From an uncultured Pseudomonadota bacterium (GTDB lineage: Bacteria; Pseudomonadota; Gammaproteobacteria; Natronospirales; CAVUBB01), in assembly GCA_963739695.1 (NCBI GenBank), contig CAVUBB010000001.1, positions 34,967 through 98,966 of the forward strand: a stretch of 64,000 nt of DNA, given 5' to 3'. The notes beneath the pieces were generated by a model. That model did not search any database. It was not told where the DNA came from and was given only the letters and a program-made list of their open reading frames with translations. Both the position numbers and the translations under genes were made by a program. How positions within the stretch are numbered: the first letter of the stretch is position 1; the number at the start of each line of letters is the position of its first letter. Positions 26,866 through 37,504 of the stretch are shown in pieces.

Positions 26866-27954
26866 TCAGGCAGCTGCGCGTTGACCGACCAGATTACGCA
26901 GGGCGTGGCGGATGCGGATGTCCTTCAGCCGCAGCGCATGCTTCTCCACGAGGTGCCAGGAGAACATGGCGCAGGCCAGAGTGAGGATGCTTGCCGCGAT
27001 GAACATCTGCATCGGAGAGATGTCGGGGAAGTGTTGCCGCAGCCCCTGTTGGATCGGGAAAGCGTAGATGTAGAGGCCATACGAGTAGTCGCCGAAACGG
27101 TTGAACCAGCGTAGATTCGGCACGTAACTGAACCATATCACGCCATAGGCAAGGACCGGCCCCAGCAGCCACGGGAAGGCGCCCGATTTGTGGAACGGCA
27201 GCACTAGCACCACGAGCGCGGCCAGGATCCAGAGGTTCAGGGGTATCCGGTCACGATATACGCTCATCGCCGAGCCTGCCGCGAAGAACAGGCACAGCCG
27301 TGCATACCGGTCCGGGTAATAGACCAGCGGGATGTTGAATGGGATCGCTACCGCGAGCACCGACAGCATCGCCAGCAACCACAGATACCAGCGCTTGTTG
27401 AAGAGGATCCCGCTTGCGCCGAACAACCCGAGCAGCAGGTACATGCGTATCTCTACAGGAAGTGTCCATAGAGAACCGTTTACGCCTGTGATCGGCAGCT
27501 GCTGGAACACGCCCGGCAGTGAAAAGTTCATGCGTATGAGGCTGAAGTTCTCGACCACATAGGCATAGACATGGTACGAGCTGAAATATCTGCCGGGCGC
27601 CAGGCTGGTCTCTACGGCGCCGAGAACAAATGCCGTCAGGATCAGACAGACGAACAGGCCCGGGAAGATGCGCAGACATCTTGATTTGATGAAATCCGGG
27701 AGATTGCGCCGATTCAGATAACTGGAGGTGACGAGAAATCCGCTGATCACGAAGAAGATGTCGACGCCGACGGCGCCGGAAAACGTGAATCGTGTCAGGC
27801 GCAGGATGGGGTCGGTGTGGCCAGGCAACGCGGTGATCGCAAAGCTGTGACCCAGGATGACCATCAGGGCCGCGGCGAACCGGAGTATCAGATAATTGTT
27901 CTGCGGAAGGCCGACGTAATGGTCGATCGTGCGCATGCTCAATCGCTGGATCAT
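26866..27954 (-). CDS. Acyltransferase family 3 (OafA/YrhL-like) membrane protein
   Basis: It has about 10 TM helices and the N-terminal motif LRFAAALMVILGHSF, characteristic of acyltransferase-3 enzymes. Confidence 0.8.
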   Translation of the reverse strand: MIQRLSMRTIDHYVGLPQNNYLILRFAAALMVILGHSFAITALPGHTDPILRLTRFTFSGAVGVDIFFVISGFLVTSSYLNRRNLPDFIKSRCLRIFPGLFVCLILTAFVLGAVETSLAPGRYFSSYHVYAYVVENFSLIRMNFSLPGVFQQLPITGVNGSLWTLPVEIRMYLLLGLFGASGILFNKRWYLWLLAMLSVLAVAIPFNIPLVYYPDRYARLCLFFAAGSAMSVYRDRIPLNLWILAALVVLVLPFHKSGAFPWLLGPVLAYGVIWFSYVPNLRWFNRFGDYSYGLYIYAFPIQQGLRQHFPDISPMQMFIAASILTLACAMFSWHLVEKHALRLKDIRIRHALRNLVGQRAAA

Positions 27955-28089
27955 GGTTCCATGCCTGTCTGGACTGGTTGCATGATAGCAGGAGCGCCCC
28001 CTCCCGGGGGTACGATCTCAGAGGCTGAATTCGTGGGCTTTATGGGCTAAAGTAGTCCAACTTCCAATCGTCGGCACAGAGGGTTTTCG

Positions 28090-28761
28090 ATGGCGCAGGG
28101 ACTCATCGCTCCGTCCATCCTTTCGGCCGATTTCGCGCGCCTCGGCGCCGAAGTCGATGCCGTGCTCGAAGCGGGCGCCGACATGGTGCACTTCGATGTC
28201 ATGGACAATCACTACGTGCCCAACCTCACCATCGGTCCGCTGGTGTGCGAGGCGCTGCGCAAGCATGGGGTGACCGCACCCATCGATGTCCATCTGATGG
28301 TCAAGCCGGTGGACCGGATCATCCCCGATTTCGCCAGGGCGGGCGCGAGCTACATCACCTTCCACCCCGAGGCCAGCGAACATATCGATCGCAGCCTGGG
28401 TCTGATCCATGAGCATGGCTGCAAGGCGGGCCTGGTGTTCAATCCGGCCACGCCGCTCGATCATCTGCGCTATGTGATGGACAAGGTGGACATGATCCTG
28501 ATCATGTCGGTGAACCCCGGCTTTGGCGGCCAGAGCTTCATCCGTTCCAGCCTGGACAAGCTGCGCGAGGCACGCAAGCTGATCGCTGCCAGCGGGCGCG
28601 CTATCCGCCTGGAGATCGACGGCGGCGTGAAGGTGGACAACATCCGCGAGATCGCCGCGGCAGGTGCCGATACCTTCGTGGCCGGTTCGGCCATCTTCGG
28701 CGCACACGACTATGCGGCCACGATCGCGGCCATGCGCGAAGAGCTCGCCAAAGCCGGTTAA
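28090..28761 (+). CDS. rpe: Ribulose-phosphate 3-epimerase
   Basis: Rpe blocks are present: [37 protein letters not shown] and VDGG. Confidence 0.95.
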   Translation: MAQGLIAPSILSADFARLGAEVDAVLEAGADMVHFDVMDNHYVPNLTIGPLVCEALRKHGVTAPIDVHLMVKPVDRIIPDFARAGASYITFHPEASEHIDRSLGLIHEHGCKAGLVFNPATPLDHLRYVMDKVDMILIMSVNPGFGGQSFIRSSLDKLREARKLIAASGRAIRLEIDGGVKVDNIREIAAAGADTFVAGSAIFGAHDYAATIAAMREELAKAG

Positions 28762-28765
28762 ACCC

Positions 28766-29452
28766 ATGCCCGATCTTTCCGGTCTCAGGCCGGCTTTCAT
28801 CGCCTTCGATCTCGACGGCACTCTGGTAGACAGCGTTCCCGATATCGCGGCCGCGGTCGCTGCGATGTGCGTCGAGCTTGGCTATCCCGTGCCGAGCGAG
28901 GCCCAGGTGCGCGCCTGGGTGGGCGATGGCGCCGCGCGGCTGGTGGAGCGCGCGCTCACTGGCCGACTCGACGGCAGGCTCGAGCCCGACCTCGCCGCGC
29001 TCGCTCTGACTTCCTTCAAGGACGCCTACCGCCGCTGCCTGGTGCGCGACAGCCGTATCTATCCGGGGGTGCGCGAGACGCTGGACGCGTTACAGGCAGC
29101 CGGCATCCCGCTGGCCGTGGTCACCAACAAGCCGGCCGAGTTCGCCCGTGGCCTGCTCGCAGGTCTCGCGCTCGATTGTTTCTTTGCCGAGCTGGTGGGC
29201 GGTGACAGCCTGGCGGAACGCAAGCCGCATGCGCAGCCGTTGCAGCATGTCGCCCACCGTTTCGGCGCAGCGGTCGAAGCGGGTCTCATGGTGGGCGATT
29301 CAGCTACCGATATCGGTGCCGCGCGCGCGGCCGGCATGCCGGTCGTGTGCGTGGACTATGGCTATCACCAGGGTGTGGATCTGGCGGCACAAGCGGATGT
29401 CGTGTGTTCGTCGCTGACCGAGTTGGCGGCTTTGCTGGCGCTCGCGGATTGA
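28766..29452 (+). CDS. gph: Phosphoglycolate phosphatase
   Basis: It has the HAD motif [10 protein letters not shown] and the blocks AVVTNKP and [17 protein letters not shown]. It follows rpe, as in many Gammaproteobacteria. The start is ATG 28766. Confidence 0.85.
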   Translation: MPDLSGLRPAFIAFDLDGTLVDSVPDIAAAVAAMCVELGYPVPSEAQVRAWVGDGAARLVERALTGRLDGRLEPDLAALALTSFKDAYRRCLVRDSRIYPGVRETLDALQAAGIPLAVVTNKPAEFARGLLAGLALDCFFAELVGGDSLAERKPHAQPLQHVAHRFGAAVEAGLMVGDSATDIGAARAAGMPVVCVDYGYHQGVDLAAQADVVCSSLTELAALLALAD

Positions 29453-29462
29453 GTCACCTGCC

Positions 29463-30041
<579 letters not shown>

Positions 30042-30050
30042 GGCGCGCGG

Positions 30051-30749
30051 CTATTTGAAGGCGAGCCCCGCAGTGAGTTCGCTGTCTTCGCTATCCGGAC
30101 GCGCACCGAGCACGACGATGGTCTTGCCGGAGACCGAGACCAGGTTCTGTTCTTCCAGTGCTTTGAGCACCCGGCCGGCCATCTCGCGAGAACAGCCGAC
30201 GATACGGCCGATCTCCTGGCGGCTGACGCGGACCTGCATGCCGTCCGGGTGCGTCATCGCGTCAGGCTGGTGGCAAAGGTCGAGCAATGCGCGCGCGACC
30301 CGTCCGGTGACATCGAGGAAGGCGAGGTTGCCGACCTTGCGCGTGGTGCGCCCGAGGCGCGCAGCGAGCTGTCCGGAAAGTTCGAACAGCAGATCCGGAT
30401 CGTTCTTTGCGAGTTGGCGGAAGCGGCCATAGGTGATCTCGGCGATGCTGCACTCGGTACGCGTGCGTACCCAGGCGCTGCGCGTCGGGTCGTCCTGGAA
30501 CAGGCCCAGTTCCCCGAAGAACTCGCCGCGGTTGAGATAGGTGAGCACGATCTCGTTGCCGTTCTCGTCTTCGATGACCACCGCCACCGAGCCTTCGATC
30601 ATGAAGTAGAGCGTGTGCGAAGTGTCGCCGGCGTGGATGACGACCGTCTTGGACGGGAAGTGCCGTACATGGCATTCCGACAGAAAGCGGTCGATGGCCG
30701 CCACGCCGAACGGGCGCACGGTCTCTTTCGCATTTTTGCTGTCCGTCAT
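30051..30749 (-). CDS. crp: CRP/FNR-family cyclic-nucleotide-binding transcriptional regulator (Crp/Vfr/Clp-like)
   Basis: It has a cNMP-binding beta-roll ([10 protein letters not shown]) and a C-terminal HTH ([25 protein letters not shown]). Confidence 0.85.
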   Translation of the reverse strand: MTDSKNAKETVRPFGVAAIDRFLSECHVRHFPSKTVVIHAGDTSHTLYFMIEGSVAVVIEDENGNEIVLTYLNRGEFFGELGLFQDDPTRSAWVRTRTECSIAEITYGRFRQLAKNDPDLLFELSGQLAARLGRTTRKVGNLAFLDVTGRVARALLDLCHQPDAMTHPDGMQVRVSRQEIGRIVGCSREMAGRVLKALEEQNLVSVSGKTIVVLGARPDSEDSELTAGLAFK

Positions 30750-31056
30750 AATTCGGTGTCCTGCGCGGAGGTCGAGTTAACAGTATATGCCCAAGCGGCC
30801 CGCGCCGAGCTCGGACCGCTGCTTGCATAATGCTTGATCCCCGTGGGAAGTAGAGCACAAACCCGGAGAAAATCAAAGTCTTGCGCGGTCCGTGCATCTG
30901 TCTTCGCGGGCCGTCCGTCGCGCGCCACGCTTGCGGCCGATGTAACGATCCATCCCCCTCGGCGGTCAAATCATGGATAATGCCCCGATTCAGTCCGCTC
31001 GCCAGTGGCGATGTGCCGGGTGCACTTGCAGAGGAGGTGCCGAATTGTCGATGTCC

Positions 31057-31878
31057 ATGAAGAAGCTCAAGCTCGAAGGTTTCAATAATCTGACCAAGAC
31101 CCTGAGTTTCAATATCTACGACATCTGCTATGCGAAGACCGAGCGGCACCGCGACGAATATATCGAATATATCGACGAGGCCTACAACGCAGAGCGCCTC
31201 ACCCAGATCCTGACCGATGTCTCCAATATCATCGGCGCCAACATCCTCAATATCGCGCATCAGGACTACGAGCCTCAGGGCGCGTCGGTGACGATCCTAA
31301 TCTCGGAGGAGCCGGTGGTCTCGCAGCAGATCCTCGCGGCGTCGGCCACCGAGGCTCCCGGTCCGCTGCCGGATGCGGTGGTGGCGCATCTCGACAAGAG
31401 CCATATCACGGTGCACACCTATCCGGAGAGCCACCCGGATAACGGTATCTCCACTTTCCGTGCCGACATCGACGTCTCCACCTGCGGGCGCATCTCGCCG
31501 TTGAAGGCCCTGAACTATCTGATCCACGTGTTCGAATCGGATATCGTCACCTGTGATTACCGGGTACGCGGGTTCACGCGCGACGTCAAAGGAACCAAGC
31601 ATTTCATCGATCACAATATCGATTCGATCCAGAATTTCCTCTCCGAGGATACGAAGGAGCGCTATCGCACGATCGACGTCAACGTGTACCAGGAGAATAT
31701 CTTCCACACCAAGATGATGCTCAAGGATCTCGACCTCGATAACTACCTGTTCGGCACCGGGGTCGAAGAGTTGAACGAAGAAGAGATGGAAGTGATCCGC
31801 GAGCGCGTCGAATCCGAGATGCTGGAGATCTTCTACGGCCGCAACATGGCCAAGGGGGCGCGCTCGGAGATCCTCTGA
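31057..31878 (+). CDS. speD: S-adenosylmethionine decarboxylase proenzyme
   Basis: The N-terminus [28 protein letters not shown] is nearly identical to E. coli SpeD, and the processing region HITVHTYPE is present. Confidence 0.9.
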   Translation: MKKLKLEGFNNLTKTLSFNIYDICYAKTERHRDEYIEYIDEAYNAERLTQILTDVSNIIGANILNIAHQDYEPQGASVTILISEEPVVSQQILAASATEAPGPLPDAVVAHLDKSHITVHTYPESHPDNGISTFRADIDVSTCGRISPLKALNYLIHVFESDIVTCDYRVRGFTRDVKGTKHFIDHNIDSIQNFLSEDTKERYRTIDVNVYQENIFHTKMMLKDLDLDNYLFGTGVEELNEEEMEVIRERVESEMLEIFYGRNMAKGARSEIL

Positions 31879-31894
31879 GCGGGAGGGCCGGGTG

Positions 31895-32536
31895 TCAGAC
31901 CCAGTACGCCGTCTGCGTCATCACTTTCGAGATCATGCGCATCACGCGGCGCACGGGAGCCGGCAGGCGCGCGGCGCCGGCGCGGCGCGCGCTCTCGCCG
32001 TGATGCGCCTCGTCGGTCTTCATCTGTTCGATGATCGCGCGGCTGCGCGCATCGGTTTCCGGTATCCGCTGCAGATGTCCTTCCAGATGCTCGACCACCT
32101 GGCGCTCGGTCTCATCCACGAACCCGAGGCTCCAGCGATCGCCGACGATGCCGGCCAGCGCGCCGATGGCGAACGAACCCGCGTACCAGACCGGGTTGAG
32201 CAGACTCGTGCGATCGCCCAGTTCTTGCAGTCGTTCTTCGCACCAGGCGAGATGATCGTTCTCCTCGTCGGCGGCACGTTGCATGGCGGTACGCACCTTG
32301 GCGCTGTGCGCGACTACAGCCTGGCCATGGTATAGCGCCTGTGCCGCGATCTCGCCGGCATGGTTCACGCGCATCAGCCGCGCGGTCTCGCGCCGTGCAC
32401 GATCGTCGTCGTTGGTGTCGGGTTTGTCGTCGGCCGGATTGGGCCGTTGCTGCGGCGGGCGGCCGAACAGCGTGCGCAGGGCGCGGTCGCCCTGAGCGAT
32501 GAGCTGGTCGGCCGGGCTGTAATGACGTTTGTGCAT
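31895..32536 (-). CDS. coq7: Demethoxyubiquinone hydroxylase (di-iron carboxylate, Coq7 family)
   Basis: Di-iron motifs are present (RVNHAGEIAAQALY, EENDHL, ETERQVVEHL and DEAHH). The start is set at MHKRHY (32536). Confidence 0.85.
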   Translation of the reverse strand: MHKRHYSPADQLIAQGDRALRTLFGRPPQQRPNPADDKPDTNDDDRARRETARLMRVNHAGEIAAQALYHGQAVVAHSAKVRTAMQRAADEENDHLAWCEERLQELGDRTSLLNPVWYAGSFAIGALAGIVGDRWSLGFVDETERQVVEHLEGHLQRIPETDARSRAIIEQMKTDEAHHGESARRAGAARLPAPVRRVMRMISKVMTQTAYWV

Positions 32537-32544
32537 GGGCGCGA

Positions 32545-33816
32545 TTATACCGCGCCCGCGTCCTGGCGGGTGTCGAGTTGGCGCGCCAGCAACACCAGCG
32601 GATGCACCACCGGTACCGCTTTGCCGAGATCGCGGAGGTTGGCGGCGAACTGTCCGGCGCAACCGACATTGGAGGTGACGACAAGATCGACGCTTTCGAC
32701 CTCCATCGCCGCCTGGCGGCCGAGACGGTCGGAGAATGCCGGCTGGGTGAGGACATAACTGCCGGCGGCCCCGCAGCAACCGGTCCGCGCCTCGATGATC
32801 TTGAGCGCGGGGATGGCTTCCAGCACACGTCTCGGTCCGGTGGCAGTGCGCATGCCGTTGCGCAAGGTGCAGGGGGTGTGCAGCAATACGCGCGCAGACA
32901 AGGGCGCGAACTTCAGTGCGCTCCCCGCGAGGTGCGCGGCGATAAAATCGCCGATCTCGCGCACGCGCACGGCCAGCGGCGCCAATTCCGTACCGAGCAG
33001 GTCATACTCCAGCAGCATCGCGCCACAGCCGCTGGCGGTGATCAGGATGGGTTCGTCGCCCGGGAATGCGTCGAGGTTGCGCCCCGCCAGGGCAGCAGCT
33101 TCGTCCGCGTGGCCGCCATGGAATGCGATCGCACCACAGCAGGTCTGGGCGGAGGGGATGACGACTTCGAACCCGAGCGCTTCGAGCACGCGTATGGCGG
33201 CGGCGTTGGTCGCATTGTCGAGCACTGGACCCATGCAGCCGGTGAACAGGTAGACGCGTCCGCGTGCGGGCGCCCCCGGTGCATGCGTGGCAAGTGCGCG
33301 CGGCATCGCCGGGCGGCGGATCATCCGCGCGAGTCTTCCGAGCAGCGTGCGCTTGAGCAGCGTGCGCGCGATCGCGGCCAGACCGGAACGATCCAGAAGC
33401 CAGACCAGCCAGGCGAGCAGGCGCACGCGTTGCCGGCCGGCGGCAAGCCAGCGCAGCCAGCCGAGTTTGCGCGAATCGCCGAGACGGTTCGCCGCGAGCC
33501 CCGCGCGCGCGGCATCGATCAGCTGTCCGTAGGGCACATCCGCGGGACATACCGATTCACAGGCCCGGCAGACCAGGCAACGGTCGAGGTGGCCTGCCAG
33601 GCGTGCGTCGGGTGCGAGTTCGCCTTGTGCCGCGGCGATCATCAGCGCGATACGCCCGCGCGGCGACTCCGATTCGTCCCGGGTAAGCTTATAGGTGGGG
33701 CAGTGCGGCAGACACAGCGCGCATTTCACGCAGCGATCGGCAAGCTCGACGGGAAAATCGGGCAGACCGTTGCCGCGTTGCGGGCGGACGTCGGGATCTG
33801 GCGAGGGCGGTAGCAT
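32545..33816 (-). CDS. GlcF-like (Fe-S)-binding oxidoreductase subunit (two 4Fe-4S motifs plus two CCG domains)
   Basis: It has CVKCALCLPHCP and CLVCRACESVCP, followed by Cys-rich CCG-type repeats (TGCMG, CCGA). No glcD or glcE is adjacent. Confidence 0.75.
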   Translation of the reverse strand: MLPPSPDPDVRPQRGNGLPDFPVELADRCVKCALCLPHCPTYKLTRDESESPRGRIALMIAAAQGELAPDARLAGHLDRCLVCRACESVCPADVPYGQLIDAARAGLAANRLGDSRKLGWLRWLAAGRQRVRLLAWLVWLLDRSGLAAIARTLLKRTLLGRLARMIRRPAMPRALATHAPGAPARGRVYLFTGCMGPVLDNATNAAAIRVLEALGFEVVIPSAQTCCGAIAFHGGHADEAAALAGRNLDAFPGDEPILITASGCGAMLLEYDLLGTELAPLAVRVREIGDFIAAHLAGSALKFAPLSARVLLHTPCTLRNGMRTATGPRRVLEAIPALKIIEARTGCCGAAGSYVLTQPAFSDRLGRQAAMEVESVDLVVTSNVGCAGQFAANLRDLGKAVPVVHPLVLLARQLDTRQDAGAV

Positions 33817-33885
33817 CTTTCTGTATAATAACAGTTTTTGCCGTCAATCCTCGGCCAGGCGGCGTCGGGAAAGGAGCGTTCCAAA

Positions 33886-34647
33886 GTGTCTTCGATCAGG
33901 TACATGCTTGCCATCACTCTTCTGGCGGCGGCCGGCGTCGCTCATGCCGATTCCATCTGGGACCAGATGGGCAGTGCCGATGTGACCGGCGAGGATGCCA
34001 CCCCGAAGCAGGGTTTTGCCGGCAACTTCTCGTTCGGCTATCTCGCCAGCACGGGCAACGCGCCCAACAGCAATCTCAACACGAAGCTCGGTCTGGGGTA
34101 CACGAAAGGCCGCTGGCAGCATGGCGCGGTATTCGAGGTGATACGCGCCACCGAGAACGGCGCCACCACGGCCGAACGCTACGACGCCGCTTTCCAGAGC
34201 GATTATCAGCTCAACCAGAAAAGTTATCTGTTCGGTTATGCGAGCTACGAGAACGACAAGTTCAGCGGCTACAACCGCCGTACCACGGAAGCGGTAGGTT
34301 ATGGCCGCCATATCCTCAAGACCAAGACACAGACGTTGGATCTGGAGGCGGGTGTCGGTGCGCGACAGGCGAATCTCATCGATGGTACGGATCAACACAA
34401 CGGTATCATCCGCCTGGGCGGCGATTACGCCTGGCAGTTCAGCGATAGCGGCAGTCTCTCGCAGTCGCTGGCGCTGGAGAAGGGCGCAGACAACACCTAT
34501 ACGGAATCGGTGACCGCGGTGAAGGCCAGCCTGATCGGCTCGCTGGCGCTGTCGGTCTCCTACACGGTGAAGCACAACAGTAGCGTCCCGGTCGGCACCG
34601 TGAATACGGATACTTATACTACGGTGTCGATCGAATACAGTTTCTGA
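33886..34647 (+). CDS. DUF481-family outer-membrane protein (YdiY-like)
   Basis: It has a signal peptide (MLAITLLAAAGVAHA), beta-strand repeats and a C-terminal aromatic residue (IEYSF). The GTG at 33886 is preceded by AAGGAG; an alternative start is ATG 33904. Confidence 0.7.
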   Translation: MSSIRYMLAITLLAAAGVAHADSIWDQMGSADVTGEDATPKQGFAGNFSFGYLASTGNAPNSNLNTKLGLGYTKGRWQHGAVFEVIRATENGATTAERYDAAFQSDYQLNQKSYLFGYASYENDKFSGYNRRTTEAVGYGRHILKTKTQTLDLEAGVGARQANLIDGTDQHNGIIRLGGDYAWQFSDSGSLSQSLALEKGADNTYTESVTAVKASLIGSLALSVSYTVKHNSSVPVGTVNTDTYTTVSIEYSF

Positions 34648-34695
34648 GACAGCCGGGCGGCAGCATCAGCGGCTTTTGGCCGGGAGGTTCAGGCG

Positions 34696-35004
34696 ATGTC
34701 GTACTATCGCAGGCACATCTTCTTGTGCACCAACAAACGCAGCGACGGGCGTGCCTGCTGCCAGGATCACGGCGCCGCCGATATGCGCGCTCATGCCAAG
34801 GCTCGGGTCAAGGCGCTGGACCTGTCCGGACCCGGCGGCGTGAGGGTGAACACGGCCGGTTGCCTGGACCGTTGCGACGAGGGTCCGGTGGCCGTCGTCT
34901 ATCCGGAAGGGGTCTGGTATACGTATGTGGATGCCGAAGACATCGACGAGATCGTAGACGAACATCTGGTGCACGGCCGGATCGTCGAGCGACTGCTAAT
35001 ATAA
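34696..35004 (+). CDS. Thioredoxin-like [2Fe-2S] ferredoxin
   Basis: Cys ligands are spaced as in this family (FLCTNKR...CC and GCLDRCDEGP), with VVYPEGVWY also present. Confidence 0.75.
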   Translation: MSYYRRHIFLCTNKRSDGRACCQDHGAADMRAHAKARVKALDLSGPGGVRVNTAGCLDRCDEGPVAVVYPEGVWYTYVDAEDIDEIVDEHLVHGRIVERLLI

Positions 35005-35149
35005 GTTATTGATGTAATTCGTATAATTTCGGGCTTCGCCAGAAGCTGCAAGAACCCTCCGAGACAGGGCCCGGGGGAGGCCGGGCAGTTGAAAAAGCCC
35101 GGTACCTCGGGTAAGATTCGCGGTCTTTCGGTCCCCGGAGCGGAGTTAG

Positions 35150-35584
35150 ATGAAGACGTTTTCTGCGAAACCGGAAACGGTGCAGCGCGACTGGTATGTG
35201 GTTGATGCCGCGGGCAAGACGCTGGGCCGTCTGTCCACCGAGATCGCCCGTCGCCTTCGGGGCAAGCATAAGCCTGTGTACACGCCGCACGTGGATACCG
35301 GCGACTACATCGTGGTGATCAATGCGGAGAAGGTCCACGTGACCGGCCGCAAGATGACCGACAAGGTCTACTATCACCACACGGGTTATATCGGCAACAT
35401 GAAGTCGATCACCCTGGAGAAGTTGTTGCAGAAGGCTCCGGAGCGCGTCATCGAGACGGCGGTCCGCGGCATGCTGCCGAAGAATCCGCTGGGCCGCGCC
35501 ATGTTCAAGAAACTCAAGGTCTATGCAGGCCCCGAGCACAAGCATGCGGCGCAGCAGCCCCTGAACCTGGAAATTGACGCGTAA
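35150..35584 (+). CDS. rplM: 50S ribosomal protein L13
   Basis: [20 protein letters not shown] ... [12 protein letters not shown] closely matches bacterial L13. Confidence 0.97.
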   Translation: MKTFSAKPETVQRDWYVVDAAGKTLGRLSTEIARRLRGKHKPVYTPHVDTGDYIVVINAEKVHVTGRKMTDKVYYHHTGYIGNMKSITLEKLLQKAPERVIETAVRGMLPKNPLGRAMFKKLKVYAGPEHKHAAQQPLNLEIDA

Positions 35585-35617
35585 TCCTGCGCGCCGACAC
35601 TGAACGAGAAGACGATA

Positions 35618-36010
35618 ATGGCAGATCAGGCATACTACGGTACCGGCCGCCGCAAGAGCTCCACGGCCCGCGTGTTCCTGCGCCCCGGCAAGGGTGCGAT
35701 CACGGTCAACGCGCAGCCGCTGGATGAGTACTTCGGTCGTGAGACGGCGCGCATGATCGTGCGTCAGCCGCTCGAGGTGGCCGATCTCGTCGACAAGTTC
35801 GACGTGACCGTGACCGTCGTCGGTGGCGGCAACACCGGGCAGGCTGGCGCCATCCGTCACGGCCTCACCCGCGCTCTGATCGCCTACGACGAAGCCAACC
35901 GCAGCCCGCTGCGCAAGGCCGGTTTCGTGACCCGCGATGCACGCGAGGTCGAGCGCAAGAAGGTCGGTCTGCACAAAGCCCGCCGCGCACCGCAGTTCTC
36001 CAAGCGCTAA
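35618..36010 (+). CDS. rpsI: 30S ribosomal protein S9
   Basis: [16 protein letters not shown] ... C-terminal [11 protein letters not shown] closely matches bacterial S9. Confidence 0.97.
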   Translation: MADQAYYGTGRRKSSTARVFLRPGKGAITVNAQPLDEYFGRETARMIVRQPLEVADLVDKFDVTVTVVGGGNTGQAGAIRHGLTRALIAYDEANRSPLRKAGFVTRDAREVERKKVGLHKARRAPQFSKR

Positions 36011-36028
36011 ACCGCGCCGCCGCCTTAT

Positions 36029-36102
36029 TGGGGGATCGTCTAGCGGTAGGACTACGGACTCTGACTCCGTCAACCCAGGTTCGAATCCTGGTCCCCCAGC
36101 CA
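36029..36102 (+). tRNA. tRNA-Gln (anticodon CUG), CCA encoded
   Basis: I folded the cloverleaf by hand. The acceptor stem pairs TGGGGGA with TCCCCCA. The anticodon arm is ACGGA-CTCTGAC-TCCGT. The T arm is CCAGG-TTCGAAT-CCTGG. The discriminator is G, followed by CCA. Confidence 0.9.
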
Positions 36103-36137
36103 ATAGAAAGCCCCGCCGCCAGGCGGGGCTTTTTGTT
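36084..36137 (+). repeat. Direct repeat copy 1 (54 bp): 3' 19 nt of tRNA-Gln plus its terminator
   Basis: The sequence AATCCTGGTCCCCCAGCCAATAGAAAGCCCCGCCGCCAGGCGGGGCTTTTTGTT is identical to 36257-36310. Confidence 0.95.
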
Positions 36138-36138
36138 T
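36107..36138 (+). terminator. Rho-independent terminator after tRNA-Gln
   Basis: The stem GCCCCGCC (36110-36117) pairs with GGCGGGGC (36122-36129), followed by TTTTT. Confidence 0.85.
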
Positions 36139-36140
36139 GC

Positions 36141-36275
36141 TGGGGGACTGGCCCTGGTTCGGACCTGCGTTCGACAAAATCGCCGGGAGCGATTTTGAAC
36201 AGTGCCGCGAAGCGGCGCTGGCCCCGAAGGGGCGGCGGGCAGGGAAAGCCCGCCGTAATCCTGGTCCCCCAGCCA
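36141..36275 (+). pseudogene. tRNA-Gln-like remnant (acceptor 5' strand and 3' end retained, internal arms replaced)
   Basis: It starts with TGGGGGA, identical to the tRNA 5' acceptor strand, and ends with AATCCTGGTCCCCCAGCCA. The roughly 110 nt between them are unrelated and contain two hairpins: AAAATCGC/GCGATTTT and GGCGGGC/GCCCGCC. Confidence 0.5.
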
Positions 36276-36310
36276 ATAGAAAGCCCCGCCGCCAGGCGGG
36301 GCTTTTTGTT
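36257..36310 (+). repeat. Direct repeat copy 2 (54 bp), including a second copy of the terminator hairpin
   Basis: It is a perfect match to 36084-36137, offset by 173 bp. Confidence 0.95.
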
Positions 36311-36485
36311 GACTTGTGATCAGCTCTTCCCGCGGCAGTCTACGTTGGCGCCAGGCCCCGCAAATCATCGCCCGCGACCGATGGCGGCGCTGTACGGTCC
36401 GACGGTGGGACTCGCACAGCACAAGGCCGTTATACTATGTGGGCAACGTCCGTGATCGATCACCCCCGGCCCGGAGCCTAGTGAC

Positions 36486-37469
36486 ATGAGATCTTCTGTT
36501 CTGCCACTTGTCCTGACCGCCGTCGTGCTCGTGCCCGCATACGCGCGAGCCGACCTCAGCCTCTATGGCAAGCTGTATGCCGAGGTCACGCAGCGCACCG
36601 ACGGAGAAGGCGCGACGGCGCTCGATCGCACCACGCTCGACGATGAAGGGAATGCCGGGCGTATCGGGCTCAAGATGGAGCAGGATCTCGGCGACGGACT
36701 CACTGCCTTCGGCCGCTACGAGTTCCAGGCCAATGCGCCCGCCGGCCAGAGTCAGTTCCAGACCCGCCAGGCCTATGTGGGTCTGAAGGGCGCGTACGGC
36801 GCGCTCGCGCTGGGACGTTTCGAGGGCGCCTACAAGATCACCGGCGGCGTGGAGTTCGACTCTTTCGCGTATACCAGCCTGCAGGCCAGGGGTAACGGCG
36901 GTATGTCGGATACATCGTTCGGGACGAGCGGGTTCATCTCGCGCGCGGTGCAGTACGAGACCCCGACATGGGGCAGCCAGGAGGGTGCGCGGTTCAGTGC
37001 CATCGGCCAGTATGGCGCAGACTCTACACCGGGTGTGACCGATGCCAATCGCGGCAGCTATCTGGCGGGCCTGGACTTCGGTTACGGCACGCTGGATCTG
37101 GTCACTGCCGTGTCCCACGACAAGGCACTGGACAAGACGAACGTCAAATACGGGATCAAGGTGCTCTCGGGCGATATCACCTACTTCGTCCAGCAGGAGA
37201 AGGTGGAAGAGGGCGGCTACGATCCCGGCGGGGCCGGCACCTTCCTGCTTGGGGCCATGCAATATCGGGTCGGCAACGTGATGTACGTCGGGCAGGTGGG
37301 CAACTACCGCAGCGACGCTCTCCAGGCTGATGCCAGCTACTGGGGCCTGGGTTTTCGCTACTACCTGGCGCGCAACATCTGGGCGGTGGTCGGCTACCGG
37401 CAGACGACGTCCGATATCGCGGCCCTGAACACCAAAGTCACGGCGGTGGGTCTGCGCTACGATTTCTAG
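36486..37469 (+). CDS. Gram-negative general porin (OmpC/OmpF-like trimeric porin family)
   Basis: It has a signal peptide ending in ARA, the mature N-terminus DLSLYGKLYAEV, Gly/Tyr-rich beta strands and a C-terminal GLRYDF. Confidence 0.85.
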   Translation: MRSSVLPLVLTAVVLVPAYARADLSLYGKLYAEVTQRTDGEGATALDRTTLDDEGNAGRIGLKMEQDLGDGLTAFGRYEFQANAPAGQSQFQTRQAYVGLKGAYGALALGRFEGAYKITGGVEFDSFAYTSLQARGNGGMSDTSFGTSGFISRAVQYETPTWGSQEGARFSAIGQYGADSTPGVTDANRGSYLAGLDFGYGTLDLVTAVSHDKALDKTNVKYGIKVLSGDITYFVQQEKVEEGGYDPGGAGTFLLGAMQYRVGNVMYVGQVGNYRSDALQADASYWGLGFRYYLARNIWAVVGYRQTTSDIAALNTKVTAVGLRYDF

Positions 37470-37493
37470 GGGAACCGCCGGGCGGCGGTTCCC
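37470..37493. terminator. GC-rich 10-bp stem-loop between convergent porin and rpiA genes
   Basis: It reads GGGAACCGCC-GGGC-GGCGGTTCCC. There is no clear U-tract on either side, so terminator function is only inferred from its position. Confidence 0.5.
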
Positions 37494-37504
37494 TGTCAGA
37501 TGCG

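Noticed and set aside
35005-35149. Sigma-70 promoter upstream of rplM, based on a perfect TATAAT at 35022-35027
   Set aside because: No acceptable -35 hexamer lies at 16-18 bp spacing: the TTGATG at 35009 is only 7 nt away. I cannot support a promoter call from the sequence alone.
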